Positions 23,039-32,883 are shown, counted from the first letter of the stretch. The stretch is DNA of 64,000 bases from Clostridia bacterium (GCA_035561095.1 DATMYE010000054.1:35202-99201); one strand, 5' to 3'. Made by a program: numbers and translations. The notes: generated by a model not told the origin, from the sequence alone.

Positions 23039-24082
23039 TTACAGGTCGTCCACCAGCGCGCCGCTCTTGGCATAGGCGGTGCTGCGTGCCTCGAAGAAGT
23101 CCGTCTTGATCGTATTTGCGTTGCTGTACTGGCTCACCCAGCTGAGGTTTTCCGGCTCCGCGTCGTGTCCTTCGTAGAGCTTCTCGAAGCCGAGGTTCGT
23201 GCAGCGGAGGTTCCCCAGATACTGCACATAGTCCGTGATCATCTCGCGCGTGAGCCCCGCGACGCCGTCGCCGATGGCATAGTGCCCCCAGGCGATCTCC
23301 TGTTCGCAGCCCTCGCGGATCATGTCGCGGTAGAGCTCCACCTTCTCCGAGGTGAACAGCTCCGGGTTCTCCTGCTTGAGCTCGAGAAGGATGCTCCGAA
23401 ACAGCCAGAGGTGCGTGTTCTCGTCGCGGTTGATATAGCGGATGACCTGCACCGAACCGGGCATGAGGTTGTTACGGCCGAGGTTATAGAAGAACATAAA
23501 CCCGCTGTAGAAGTACACGCCTTCCAGAATATAGTTCGCGACGATGGTGCGCATGAGGTTTTCTGCCGTGCGCTCTTTGTAAAAATGATTGTACGCGTCG
23601 CCGATGAAGGTGTTGCGTTTGAGGAGATACTCGTCGTTCTTCCATTGATAGAGCACCTCGTCGCGACCGTGCGGATCGCAGATCGTGTCCAGCATATAGC
23701 TGTAGCTCTGGCTGTGGATGGCCTCCTGATAGGTCTGAATCGCGAGGCAGAGGTTGACCTCGTTTGCCGTGATGTACTCGCCGACGGCGGGCAGGTTCGC
23801 GGTCTGGATGCTGTCTAAAAAGATTAAGAACGAAAGAATCTTATCATAGGCGCGGCGTTCCGCTGCGGGAAGGTTCGGGTAATCCTTCACATCCGTGGAG
23901 AGATTGACCTCCTCCGGCACCCAGAAGTTGTTCATCGCCTGCCGGTACCAGTCGTGTGACCAGCCGTATTTGAGGTTGTTGAAGTCGTTGAGGTTCGTGG
24001 TTTCGCCCGCGATCATGCGGCGGTCGGCCAAATCGAGACTTCCGTCGGGGTTAAACAGCGGCTTTTGTTTCAATACTTCCAT
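23039..24082 (-). CDS. nrdB: Class I ribonucleotide reductase beta subunit
   Basis: FWVPEE, FLDSIQ, EAIHSQSY, LEGVYFYSGF, RDENTH, TDFFE: all di-metal ligands and the radical Tyr are present. Confidence 0.94.
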   Translation of the reverse strand: MEVLKQKPLFNPDGSLDLADRRMIAGETTNLNDFNNLKYGWSHDWYRQAMNNFWVPEEVNLSTDVKDYPNLPAAERRAYDKILSFLIFLDSIQTANLPAVGEYITANEVNLCLAIQTYQEAIHSQSYSYMLDTICDPHGRDEVLYQWKNDEYLLKRNTFIGDAYNHFYKERTAENLMRTIVANYILEGVYFYSGFMFFYNLGRNNLMPGSVQVIRYINRDENTHLWLFRSILLELKQENPELFTSEKVELYRDMIREGCEQEIAWGHYAIGDGVAGLTREMITDYVQYLGNLRCTNLGFEKLYEGHDAEPENLSWVSQYSNANTIKTDFFEARSTAYAKSGALVDDL

Positions 24083-24123
24083 ATATATGTGCTCCCATCT
24101 TGCGATCAGTCATCAAATTGATA

Positions 24124-26646
24124 TCAGGACGAACAGGCAGAGCAGTCCTCTACTTCAAGACTCTTGCTGCGGACATAGTAGATGGTCTTGACGCCCTGCT
24201 CAAAGGCGAGAATGTAAAGCCCCAGCACCTTTCGGAACGTGAACTCGTTGGTGATGTAGAAGTTCATGCTCTGGCTCTGGTCAATGTGCCGCTGCCGGAC
24301 GCCCGCAGCGCGGATCGACCACGTCTGGTCGATCAGGTGCGCGCTCTTGTAATACCAGAACGTCTCCGGCGAAAGATCGGGCGCGACGCGCGGGATCAGC
24401 CCGTTCTTCTTTTCTTCTAAGAAATAGCGATTCATCACGGGATCGATGCCCGCGGTGGTTCCCGCGATGATGCTCGTGCTGCTGGTGGGCGCAATCGCGA
24501 GCAGCCAGCCGTTGCGAAGGCCTGTGGAGGCCACGCGTTTGGACAGCTGTTTCCAGCGCTCGCTCGTGTAGCCGCGCTTGGTGAAGTACGCGCCCGTCTG
24601 CCAGTCGCTGCCCTCGAAGAACTCATATGTTCCCTTGTCGGCGGCAACATCGCAGCTTGCCGAGATCGCGGCATAGTTGATCCGCTCAAAGAGCTTGTCC
24701 ACGAACTTCAGGTGATCTTCCGTCTCCCAGCCTATATGGTTTTTCGCCAGCATGTGGTGGTATCCGCTGACGCCGAGGCCGATCGGGCGATAGCGTAGGT
24801 TATTCACCTTTGCGTACGGCACGGGGAAGAAGTTGAGGTCGATGACGTTGTCTAGCGCGCGAACGACATACCTCGTGATGTTCTCCAGCTCGTCGCCTTC
24901 CAGATTGATATGCCCCAGCGACAGGCTCGCGAGGTTGCAGACCACGAAGTCGCCGGGCTTGGTGATATTCACGATGACGGTCTCGCCGTTTTGTTCTACG
25001 ATCTCCTGGCTGACGTCGGAGATGCCGCTCATGTTCTGCGCAATCTCCGTGCAGAGGTTGCTGCAATAGATCATGCCCTTGTGGTGGTTCGGGTTTGCGC
25101 GATTGACCGCGTCGCGGTTGAAGACAAACGGTGTGCCCGTCTCCACCGCGCTCTTAAGGATCATGCGCACCAGCTCCTTGATCGGGATTACGCGCTTTTC
25201 GATGCGGTTGTCCGCAACGCAGTCGCGGTATTTTTCCTCCCACTCGTCTCCCCAGAAGTCCTCGAGACTGTAGCCCTTGGCGGCGAGGATATCGTGCGGG
25301 CACATGAGGTACCAGTTGGCCTCGATGTTGTCGCGCACGGTTTTCCAGAAGAGATCGGGATAGCACACCGCGGGGAAGACGTCGTGCGCCTTCATGCGGT
25401 CATCTCCGTTGTTGGTGCGAATCTGTAAAAACTCCGGCAAATCCTTGTGCCAGACGTCGAGGTAGACCGCGACCGCACCCTGCCGCACGCCGAGCTGATC
25501 GACCGCGACCGCAGTGTCGTTCGCGAGACGGATCCAGCGGATGACGCCGCCCGCCGCGCCTTCAAAGCCGCGGATGCTACCGCCCTTGCTGCGTACTTTG
25601 CCGAAATAAAGGCCCATACCGCCGCCGTATTTGCTGACCTGCGCAAAGTTGTTGATGCTGCGGTAGATGCCCGTGAGGCTGTCCGGCACGGTGTCGATGA
25701 AGCAGCTGGAGAGTTGATGGAACGGCTTTCTCGCGTTTGCAAGCGTGGGCGTCGCCATCGTGACCTTCAGCGAGCTGAGCATATCGTAAAAATGTTTGAC
25801 CCACGTGAGACGGCCCTGTTTTTCCGGCAGGGCGAGATGCAGCGCGATGCCGAGGTACATCTCCTGCGGGGTCTCCAGCGGCTGACCCTTGTGGCTGCGG
25901 ATCACGTAGCGGCGCAGCAGCAGCTCCAGACCCGAATAGGTGAGCAGCTCGTCGTGCGCGGGGCACAGGAAGGTCTCCGCCTCGTCGAGCTCTTCTTTTG
26001 TATAGCCTTCGAGGATGTAGGAGCCGTAGAGTCCGCGATCGCAGAGATAACGAACTTTTTCGTAATAGCTGTGCAGCGATAGCTCGTCCAGCGCACGGCT
26101 CAGATCGGCGGCAAAATCGTGCATGAGGATGCGCGCCGCGATGAACTCCCAGTGCGGTGCTTCCTGCGTGGTGAGCTCGGCTGCGGCGCGTGTCAGCGCC
26201 GCGCGCTTCGCGCTCTCGCCCATCTCGGGCTTGAGGAAGCTGCGGAACTTCTCGTCCAGTCGGGAGAGCTCATACATCTCCTGCGGGAAATCATTCTGCG
26301 CCTTGTCGAGGATCTTCTCCAGCGCGCTGCCGTCGGCAAACAGAGAGGCGATGCTCTTTCTCTGTGCGCGCATGCGCGTGCGCTCACTCCGGTAGAGGAT
26401 GTAGCTCTTGCTCTGGGCAAAATAGCCCTTGAGCATCAGCGTCTCTTCCACGAGATCCTGAATCTGCTCCACCGAAACGGGCGGAGGCAGCAGGGGAATC
26501 CGCGCCTCGACCGCCTGTGTAATCGCCTCCAGCGCCGCCTCGGAAATCTCCGTCTGCGTGCTGAGAAACGCTTTTCGTACGGCGTTGGTGATCTTGTCGC
26601 GGTCATATGCCTCGGCAAATCCGCTTCGCTTGATGATCTCCATCAT
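24124..26646 (-). CDS. nrdA: Class I ribonucleotide reductase alpha subunit with ATP cone
   Basis: IIKRSG ATP cone, ATPTL, QLSSCF, SNLCTE, VCNLAS, APTSSTS, KTIYY, C-terminal CSAC. Confidence 0.95.
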   Translation of the reverse strand: MMEIIKRSGFAEAYDRDKITNAVRKAFLSTQTEISEAALEAITQAVEARIPLLPPPVSVEQIQDLVEETLMLKGYFAQSKSYILYRSERTRMRAQRKSIASLFADGSALEKILDKAQNDFPQEMYELSRLDEKFRSFLKPEMGESAKRAALTRAAAELTTQEAPHWEFIAARILMHDFAADLSRALDELSLHSYYEKVRYLCDRGLYGSYILEGYTKEELDEAETFLCPAHDELLTYSGLELLLRRYVIRSHKGQPLETPQEMYLGIALHLALPEKQGRLTWVKHFYDMLSSLKVTMATPTLANARKPFHQLSSCFIDTVPDSLTGIYRSINNFAQVSKYGGGMGLYFGKVRSKGGSIRGFEGAAGGVIRWIRLANDTAVAVDQLGVRQGAVAVYLDVWHKDLPEFLQIRTNNGDDRMKAHDVFPAVCYPDLFWKTVRDNIEANWYLMCPHDILAAKGYSLEDFWGDEWEEKYRDCVADNRIEKRVIPIKELVRMILKSAVETGTPFVFNRDAVNRANPNHHKGMIYCSNLCTEIAQNMSGISDVSQEIVEQNGETVIVNITKPGDFVVCNLASLSLGHINLEGDELENITRYVVRALDNVIDLNFFPVPYAKVNNLRYRPIGLGVSGYHHMLAKNHIGWETEDHLKFVDKLFERINYAAISASCDVAADKGTYEFFEGSDWQTGAYFTKRGYTSERWKQLSKRVASTGLRNGWLLAIAPTSSTSIIAGTTAGIDPVMNRYFLEEKKNGLIPRVAPDLSPETFWYYKSAHLIDQTWSIRAAGVRQRHIDQSQSMNFYITNEFTFRKVLGLYILAFEQGVKTIYYVRSKSLEVEDCSACSS

Positions 26647-26741
26647 ATTTCTTGCCCCTTATCTGGTTGGTCAGTGAGAATAGCCGCGGTACTTTTTGCG
26701 GATATTTCAGCGTGTATTGTGATGTTGTGAACATGCAAGAT

Positions 26742-26786
26742 CGCAACAGGTTGTGTATCAAATTCATACTAGCACAATATATGGTC
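26742..26786. promoter_or_regulatory. Tandem NrdR boxes upstream of nrdA
   Basis: CGCAACAGGTTGTG (26742) and CACAATATATGGTC (26773) resemble the consensus CACwAtATaTwGTG and are 31 bp apart. Confidence 0.75.
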
Positions 26787-26959
26787 TCCCGCAATGCCGC
26801 CCGCCTGACCAAAAAAATCGGGTGCGCATCCGAGGAACAAAGAAAAACAGCCACGTTGTCGGGCTGTTTGGAACATCTTGCAATTAGGGTAAACTTTCCT
26901 GACCCATGAGCGGAAAAAAGTTTACAAAAGCGCGGACAGCGCAGCAGAAAAAGAGCGGA

Positions 26960-27403
26960 TTACAGCAACGAGGAAAGATCATCCTTCTCGCTGAGCACGG
27001 TCAGTCCCGCCTGCTTGAGCAGCGCCGCGGTCATGCCGTCGCCGGGGATGAGCCTGCCGCGAAAGCAGCCGTCGTAGATCTGTCCGCTGCCGCAGGAGGG
27101 GCTGTTTGCCTTGAGAATCGCGATCCGGCAGGAGAAGAGCTTCGCAAGCCGGAGCGTCTCCTCTGCGCCGCGGACAAACGCCGCGGTGAAGTCCCGCTCG
27201 TCCCGCGAGAGCACGCGCGTGTCGTGCCGCTCCGCAGGCGGGCGCGGCGTGGGCAAGCCGCCGATCTGCTCCGGGCAGACGGGGATGAGATGATACTTTT
27301 TTGCGAGCGCGAGGATGCGCTCGTCTGCTTTTCCCGTGCCGTCATACCGGCAGGGCACGCCGAGCAGGCACGCGCTGACGAGAATCGGGGAAGAATCGTC
27401 CAT
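26960..27403 (-). CDS. DUF523 family protein (2-thiouracil desulfurase-like)
   Basis: ILVSACLLGVPCRYDG, PVCPEQ.GGLPTPR, LKANSPSCG, GDGMTA. Confidence 0.9.
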   Translation of the reverse strand: MDDSSPILVSACLLGVPCRYDGTGKADERILALAKKYHLIPVCPEQIGGLPTPRPPAERHDTRVLSRDERDFTAAFVRGAEETLRLAKLFSCRIAILKANSPSCGSGQIYDGCFRGRLIPGDGMTAALLKQAGLTVLSEKDDLSSLL

Positions 27404-27682
27404 AACAAACTCCTTTCAAAAAAGAGAGTGCGACTTCATTATAGCATACGGACAATTGCGAGCTTCCGATTCGAAATAATATAAGAAATGATGGACAGAA
27501 TTAATAAGTTACCACAAGTGGTAATTTCTGAATCTAAAAAGTCTGACTTTTCTGGCTGTTTTTCTGTAAAACACGATTTACCATGCAAGGTAAATTCAGT
27601 GTCCAAAATTGCCTATCGCAGACAAATCCCAAAACAAACACCCCGCCGGAGGCGGGGCACAGACGCGGACGCAAGTCCGCAA

Positions 27683-27877
27683 CTATTTTTCTTTCTTGTT
27701 TTGGTAGACCTTCGTGAATTCTCCGCCGATGACCTTTCCGGTGTACGCGCCGTGGGTCGTGATGCCGACGATGCCGTCGATACTCTGCAGGCGCTTCTTC
27801 AGCCGGAGGCGGACGACGACCAGCGCGATCAGGATCAGCGCGAGCACGCCGATCAAGATATTGAGTACCCAGCTCAT
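27683..27877 (-). CDS. Small single-pass membrane protein (64 aa)
   Basis: MSWVLNILIGVLALILIALVVVRLRLKKR...; ATGA overlap with the upstream gene and AGGAGG RBS. Confidence 0.7.
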   Translation of the reverse strand: MSWVLNILIGVLALILIALVVVRLRLKKRLQSIDGIVGITTHGAYTGKVIGGEFTKVYQNKKEK

Positions 27878-29091
27878 ACGCGCGCCCTCCTTGCCGCCTT
27901 CTTCGCGTTGTACCACTTGAGCACCTTGAGGTCGGAGGCGACGGCAAACACCTGCGTGGCGATCAGCGCGGTTAAAACAGTTGCGACTACCATCTTTGCA
28001 CTTCCTCCTTCTGCGGTGTTGGCTGCCGGTGTCTGCGCGGCGGAGACCTGCTCCTCCGGCGCTGCGGGCGGCGGATTCGGCGGGCTGGTTACAAGTGCGG
28101 CTGCCGCCGGTGTATCGGTCGGGGTTGGGGTCACGTTCGGCGTTGCGGTTGCATTCGCGGTCGGTGCCGGGTCACTTTTTTCGTGCCAGCGCCACACGCC
28201 CGTGAACAGCACATCGCCGCCAGCGACCGTCCTGCTGACGCTGTCCCAGCCGGAGAAGCGCCAGGTGCCCTGCGTCATGTGGAACGCGCGGAAGTTGGCG
28301 GGTGCGGTGACGGTGTCTCCCTGCAGTGCAATGGTCGGCGCGGGCAGCTTCGCGAGCACGCCGTCCGGCAGCGCGCGTCCGGGGCTTCCGCTGACGAACG
28401 TGTAGCTGACGTGGTAGACGGGCAATGCCGTCCAGACCCATGTTCCAGTGAACAAAACATCGGAATCCGACAGCGTGACGCTGCCCGGCGTCCAGCCGGA
28501 AAACGTCCATTGGCCGACGCCGTCCCGAGCGGGCGAAAACGCACCAGCGGGTGTGACCGTCGTGCCGGAGAGCATGCTTTCCTCCGCGGGTAGCTGTGCT
28601 GTGACGTCCGCAGGTAACACGTGGTCTGCTGTGCCGCTGACAAACTCGTAGCGTATGACTCTCGGTTGCGGCAGATCGTCCGTGACGAACACCCGGAAAT
28701 GGATGCGAGAAGGTTCCGAAAGCGTGATCGCGGGAAGGGTCACGGTGACCGTGTAGCCGCTGCTGCTGGCAGCCTCCGTCAGGTTGGAAAAATCGACCGA
28801 GAAGCCGGAGGACACGGGGACAAAAGTTCCGGTCTCGTTCGCGGTATCGCGGATTAAAAATGTAAACGCGGAGGCGGAGACGATGTCGCTCTCCAGCTCC
28901 GCGCGGGACTTGCTCTGAAATTCGCTGAGGCCGATTGTGACGTCGTGCGCGCGGAGGCAATAGTCCGCGGTGTCGGTGTGGTTGTCGTTGGAGGTGCCGC
29001 TTGCGGCAAAGGCGGAGGAGGGCAGCAGAAAGCAGACCAGCAGGATTGCCGGCAGGGCAAGTGTGAACAAGAGGGATCGTTTCTGTTTCAT
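27874..29091 (-). CDS. Membrane-anchored surface protein with two SHIRT-like repeats
   Basis: Signal peptide MKQKRSLL...SSAFA; two repeats of Y.FVSG....LP..V...LP...G.TVT...G.W.FSGW......DVLFTG.W.W; Pro/Thr linker; C-terminal TM and basic tail. Confidence 0.8.
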   Translation of the reverse strand: MKQKRSLLFTLALPAILLVCFLLPSSAFAASGTSNDNHTDTADYCLRAHDVTIGLSEFQSKSRAELESDIVSASAFTFLIRDTANETGTFVPVSSGFSVDFSNLTEAASSSGYTVTVTLPAITLSEPSRIHFRVFVTDDLPQPRVIRYEFVSGTADHVLPADVTAQLPAEESMLSGTTVTPAGAFSPARDGVGQWTFSGWTPGSVTLSDSDVLFTGTWVWTALPVYHVSYTFVSGSPGRALPDGVLAKLPAPTIALQGDTVTAPANFRAFHMTQGTWRFSGWDSVSRTVAGGDVLFTGVWRWHEKSDPAPTANATATPNVTPTPTDTPAAAALVTSPPNPPPAAPEEQVSAAQTPAANTAEGGSAKMVVATVLTALIATQVFAVASDLKVLKWYNAKKAARRARV

Positions 29092-29137
29092 GCTCGCGTT
29101 CCTCGCGTTGTGTTCCGTTCGTGTGGTTGCGGGGTGT

Positions 29138-29845
29138 TTAGCTCGCGGCGCCGATGCTCGCGAGGCTGTCGGCATAATATCGCTTGCCGACGGGCAGCTC
29201 CTCGCCTGAGTCGAGCAGTACGCGCGTGCTGTCGATGCTGCGGATATAGCGCTTGCCGACGAGGAAGGATTTGTGCGTGCGCACAAAACCCTTGTCGAAG
29301 AGCTGCTCCTCCAGCCGCATCATGGTGGAGTAAAACTCAAACGATTCGCCGCCGTAGTACACGGTGACGATGCGCTGCTGAATCTCAAAATAGCGGATGT
29401 TCTCGACCGGCACGCAGCGGCTCTCGCCCGCGCAGGAGAGCACCAGCACCTCGCTCTCACGCCGGGTCTTCCGCTCGCAGGCGCGGAGGAAGATCTCCTC
29501 AAACTTTTCCGGCGTCGTCTTGTCCTTGACCACGTAGTGAAGGGCACTCACGTCGTAGCCGTCGATGGCGAAGTCCGGCGTGTAGGTGAAAAACACGATG
29601 TCGCCGAGGTAGCCGATCTCGCGGAGTCGCTTGGCGGTCGCAATTCCATCCAGACCCGGCATACGGATATCCAGATAGATCAGATCCAGCGTTACATAAG
29701 CGTCCTCCGCCTCAAACAACAGCGCTTCTCCCGAAGGAAACGTTTTGATCGATGCGTGGATGCCGTGCCGGTTTGCCAGTTGCGCCAGCGTCTTTTTGCA
29801 GAGCGAGATATGCTCCGCGCTGTCGTCGCAGATGAAGATATTCAT
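29138..29845 (-). CDS. LytTR-family response regulator
   Basis: ICDD..YLDIRMPGLDG..YVVK receiver domain; IRYFE...FVRTHKSFLV...LPVGKRY LytTR domain. Confidence 0.92.
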   Translation of the reverse strand: MNIFICDDSAEHISLCKKTLAQLANRHGIHASIKTFPSGEALLFEAEDAYVTLDLIYLDIRMPGLDGIATAKRLREIGYLGDIVFFTYTPDFAIDGYDVSALHYVVKDKTTPEKFEEIFLRACERKTRRESEVLVLSCAGESRCVPVENIRYFEIQQRIVTVYYGGESFEFYSTMMRLEEQLFDKGFVRTHKSFLVGKRYIRSIDSTRVLLDSGEELPVGKRYYADSLASIGAAS

Positions 29846-30326
29846 CGTTTCCTCAACGCCATCCCTTCCGTTTTTGTGCAGGATTGCGTTGTGCTGCCTT
29901 TCGCCCTCATTGGTTCGATTACCCCTGTCTGCATGATACCTCTTTTTGCACCCGTCTGCGGGCGCATGTCATAAAATGCGGTTTTGATGTCAAGAACGCA
30001 GGATTGCGCAGGGGCAATCTCGCGCCCGCGCGACCCGTTTTTTAACGTTGCGTCGCATCGTTTGATTCTATTATACATGGCAGACGATGGAAGTTTGAAC
30101 AATTTACGGAAAAAATCGGACGGCGGGAGGGGAAATCACACGCGGCTCGGCAAGGGGCTTGGCCGGGTTTGCGTGAACATCCGTGCAGCTTTCGCATCAT
30201 TTTACCGGAGTTTTATGACATGCGCGCGCAAAGCGTAAGCCGCACAGGATATGATACGCCAAGAGACAGAGAAACGCTGTCCGCCTGCCGCGAAACCGCT
30301 GCGGGTGTGATTGCTCCGGAGGAAAC

Positions 30327-31112
30327 GTGATGCTGCAGTTTGAACATCTGGAAGAAGCGGTGCTCAAGACCGCGCTTTTTCTGGAGTTTTGCTCCGGCGT
30401 GCGCATCATCCGGCTTTCAGACGGCGCGGTGCTGCACACGTCTGCGCCGAACTTCACGGCGCAAGCACTGCGGGATGTCTCCCGTGTGCCGATGAAGGTC
30501 TGCGGCGAAGGCTGTATGCTCGAGATCATCCAACCAAACCGCCGCGCGATCTCCGAAGTACTCGGGGAACCGAGCGGTGACGATACCACGCAGAGTGTCT
30601 CCGGCGCAGTCGGCAGCCTGATCTGCAAGGACGCGCTGACGGGGCTTTACAACCGGCGATACATTGACGAGACGCTGCCGGCTGCATTGAGCGCGGCTTG
30701 TGATCGCGGCCTGCCGCTGTCGCTGATCTTTGCGGATATCGACCGCTTCAAGCAGGTCAACGACGAGCACGGCCATCTCGCGGGGGATCTCGTGCTGCAG
30801 CACATCGCGCAGCTGCTGCAAAAGAAGATTCGCCGCGCGAACAGCTGGGTTGCGCGCTACGGCGGGGATGAGTTCATCATCTGCCTGCCGGGCGTACAGA
30901 ACGCAGCGGCTAAGCGGATTGCAAACCAGCTGCGCCTCGCGATCATGAGCGAGCGGTTCCCGATGGGAAACGGCACCATCCGGCTGACGTGCAGTTTCGG
31001 CGTGCAGAGCGTGGAGCAGAGCGATTTTCAGCTTTCCGCGCTGATGCTGCTGCACCGCGCGGATGAGAAGCTCTATCAGGCCAAGCACGCGGGCAGAAAC
31101 GCGGTGGTCTGA
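30327..31112 (+). CDS. Diguanylate cyclase (GGDEF)
   Basis: DALTGLYNRR, DIDRFKQVND.HGH..GD, RYGGDEF, ADEKLYQAK..GRN. Confidence 0.92.
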   Translation: MMLQFEHLEEAVLKTALFLEFCSGVRIIRLSDGAVLHTSAPNFTAQALRDVSRVPMKVCGEGCMLEIIQPNRRAISEVLGEPSGDDTTQSVSGAVGSLICKDALTGLYNRRYIDETLPAALSAACDRGLPLSLIFADIDRFKQVNDEHGHLAGDLVLQHIAQLLQKKIRRANSWVARYGGDEFIICLPGVQNAAAKRIANQLRLAIMSERFPMGNGTIRLTCSFGVQSVEQSDFQLSALMLLHRADEKLYQAKHAGRNAVV

Positions 31113-31179
31113 CTTTTTTGGCTCAACAGCAGTTGCTTTTGAGATACCTGTTTTCCTCCTCCATGTCGATCCCCCTAAT

Positions 31180-31211
31180 CAAAACCGCCCTCCTGGTAGA
31201 GGGCGGTTTTG
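31180..31211. terminator. Bidirectional intrinsic terminator
   Basis: CAAAACCGCCCTC-CTGGTA-GAGGGCGGTTTTG. Confidence 0.8.
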
Positions 31212-31261
31212 GTTTTATATTTATTTCCAGCCTGCCCCGCAGGGGCAAAAAATCCTTCCCC

Positions 31262-31603
31262 TTACCCGGGGAAAACCACCGTCAGCAGCATCTTAAACGG
31301 TTCCACCGCCTCCAACGCGTGCGGCACGCCCGCGGGCATGACCACGGTTTCGCCCGCGGAGAGGAAATAGGTTCCGTCGCCGATCGTGATCTTCGCCTTG
31401 CCGTCGAGAATCTGCACCATCGCGTCGCCCTTGGATTCGTGGGAGCTGATCTCTTCGCCCGTGTCAAAGGCAAACAGCGTCAGGCTCACGCCGTGGTTCT
31501 GCACCAGCGTGCGACTCACGATCTGGCCTGTCTGATAGGTGACCAGTGCGGTCAGCGAAAGCGGGTTTGCCTTGTCAATATTCTTCATAATTTGATTCGC
31601 CAC
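31262..31603 (-). CDS. Cupin domain protein
   Basis: SRTL..TLFAFD.GEEISSH..GDA..MPAGVPHAL; GTG start at 31603 after AGGAGG. Confidence 0.88.
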   Translation of the reverse strand: MANQIMKNIDKANPLSLTALVTYQTGQIVSRTLVQNHGVSLTLFAFDTGEEISSHESKGDAMVQILDGKAKITIGDGTYFLSAGETVVMPAGVPHALEAVEPFKMLLTVVFPG

Positions 31604-31674
31604 AGTTTGATCCTCCTGTTTTGCGGTCGGTTTTGCTTTGTTAAGGGTGATACTCGTCAATCCAACTGGTTTCT

Positions 31675-32883
31675 TCATGCGAGCGACACCAGCCGTTTCT
31701 CGCCCTCGATGGCCTGGATGGGCTTGATGTCCTGCGTGACTTCGAGAACGCCGAGATACGTGCCCGCTTCGTCCCGCACCGCGAAATAGCGGATGTAGAC
31801 GAACTTATCTCCGAGCATAATCCAGAAATCCTCGTGATCCTTCTTGCCGCTCTTAAAGTCCGCGACGATGCCCTCGACGATGTGCACGCTGGCCGGCGGA
31901 TGGCAGTTTTTCACGTTGCGCCCGATGATCGCCTTGGTGCGGGGGAACACGCGCTCGCTGCCCTGCGAAAAGTAGCGTACGGTGTCGTCCGCGCCGACGA
32001 ACGTGATGTCGAGCGGCAGGGTGTCGAGCAAGCGGGAGAGCTCCGGCACGGAGAGAAACCCGGTCGGGAGCAGGATGGAACCGTTGACGAGCGCTGCGGC
32101 AGGGGTCGCCTCTGCCGCGGGCGCGGCTTTCGCGCGCCAGACAGGCGGGGTCTCGATCATGCAGTAGCCAATCTCGCCGCTTTCTTCCGCGACAGCCGAC
32201 CATTCCTCGGCGGAGAGCGTGTCGATCAGCATCGGGATGAGGATGTTCTCTTCCTTGAAGATCATCTCCTCCACGCGGGTGAGGCCTTCGGTGAGTTTAT
32301 CGGCGGTTTGATCGCTGCCCTGCGCCGCGAGCTTCGCGGAATCCTTCAGCAGCGCGCGGATTTCGTCGTCCACGCCCCACATGACCTTCGGTGGCGCGGT
32401 AATGCCGTGCTGCTCGAGGTAGGGGAACAGCAGGTTCTCCTTGCGGGAGTAGTGCTGGTCAATGGCGAGAAGCGCGCCGATCTCCGGCAGCATCGCCTGA
32501 CTGGCGAGCTTGCCCTCCGCAACGCGGGATAGCAGCGGGCGGATGCGTTTGTTTATGTGCGCTGTGATCGCGGCGTTTTCCGCCTTGATCGTGTGTGCGG
32601 GGTGACCGGGGATTTTGCTCACGTCCGAAGGTGCGTGAATCTCCTCGATGCTGCCCTTGAACACGGCGGAGTGCACATCGCACAGCCGCTGCACCTCGGA
32701 AACCGGCAGTCCTTCGTTGATGAGCGCCTGCTCCGCCGCGGAGATTTCGCTGGCTTCGACGCCGTCAAATGCGTCCCGGAAGATGCTCTGCACTTCCTCG
32801 ACGCTCTTTCCTTCGTGCAGAAGGCGCAGCGTGTCCTTGATCGCCTGTTTGCGTTTTTCGCGGTTGTTGATTTCCTGACTCAT
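31675..32883 (-). CDS. DUF438 / hemerythrin-like / PAS domain protein
   Basis: EIS.AEQ.L..LCDVH; GHP..EN; HYSRKENLLFP..VMWGVDD..EMIFKEE; DITFV..RNVKNCHP. Confidence 0.88.
   Translation of the reverse strand: MSQEINNREKRKQAIKDTLRLLHEGKSVEEVQSIFRDAFDGVEASEISAAEQALINEGLPVSEVQRLCDVHSAVFKGSIEEIHAPSDVSKIPGHPAHTIKAENAAITAHINKRIRPLLSRVAEGKLASQAMLPEIGALLAIDQHYSRKENLLFPYLEQHGITAPPKVMWGVDDEIRALLKDSAKLAAQGSDQTADKLTEGLTRVEEMIFKEENILIPMLIDTLSAEEWSAVAEESGEIGYCMIETPPVWRAKAAPAAEATPAAALVNGSILLPTGFLSVPELSRLLDTLPLDITFVGADDTVRYFSQGSERVFPRTKAIIGRNVKNCHPPASVHIVEGIVADFKSGKKDHEDFWIMLGDKFVYIRYFAVRDEAGTYLGVLEVTQDIKPIQAIEGEKRLVSLA

Noticed and set aside
26889..26926. Inverted repeat GTAAACTTT...AAAGTTTAC between nrdA and DUF523
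   Set aside because: Single imperfect copy in a 3' UTR with no second instance or assignable function.
30220..30270. c-di-GMP-I riboswitch-like fragment (GCGCAAAGC...TATGA..GCC) upstream of the GGDEF gene
   Set aside because: No GGCAAA/GNRA P2 arm and no convincing P1/P3 pairing; an Infernal scan would be needed.
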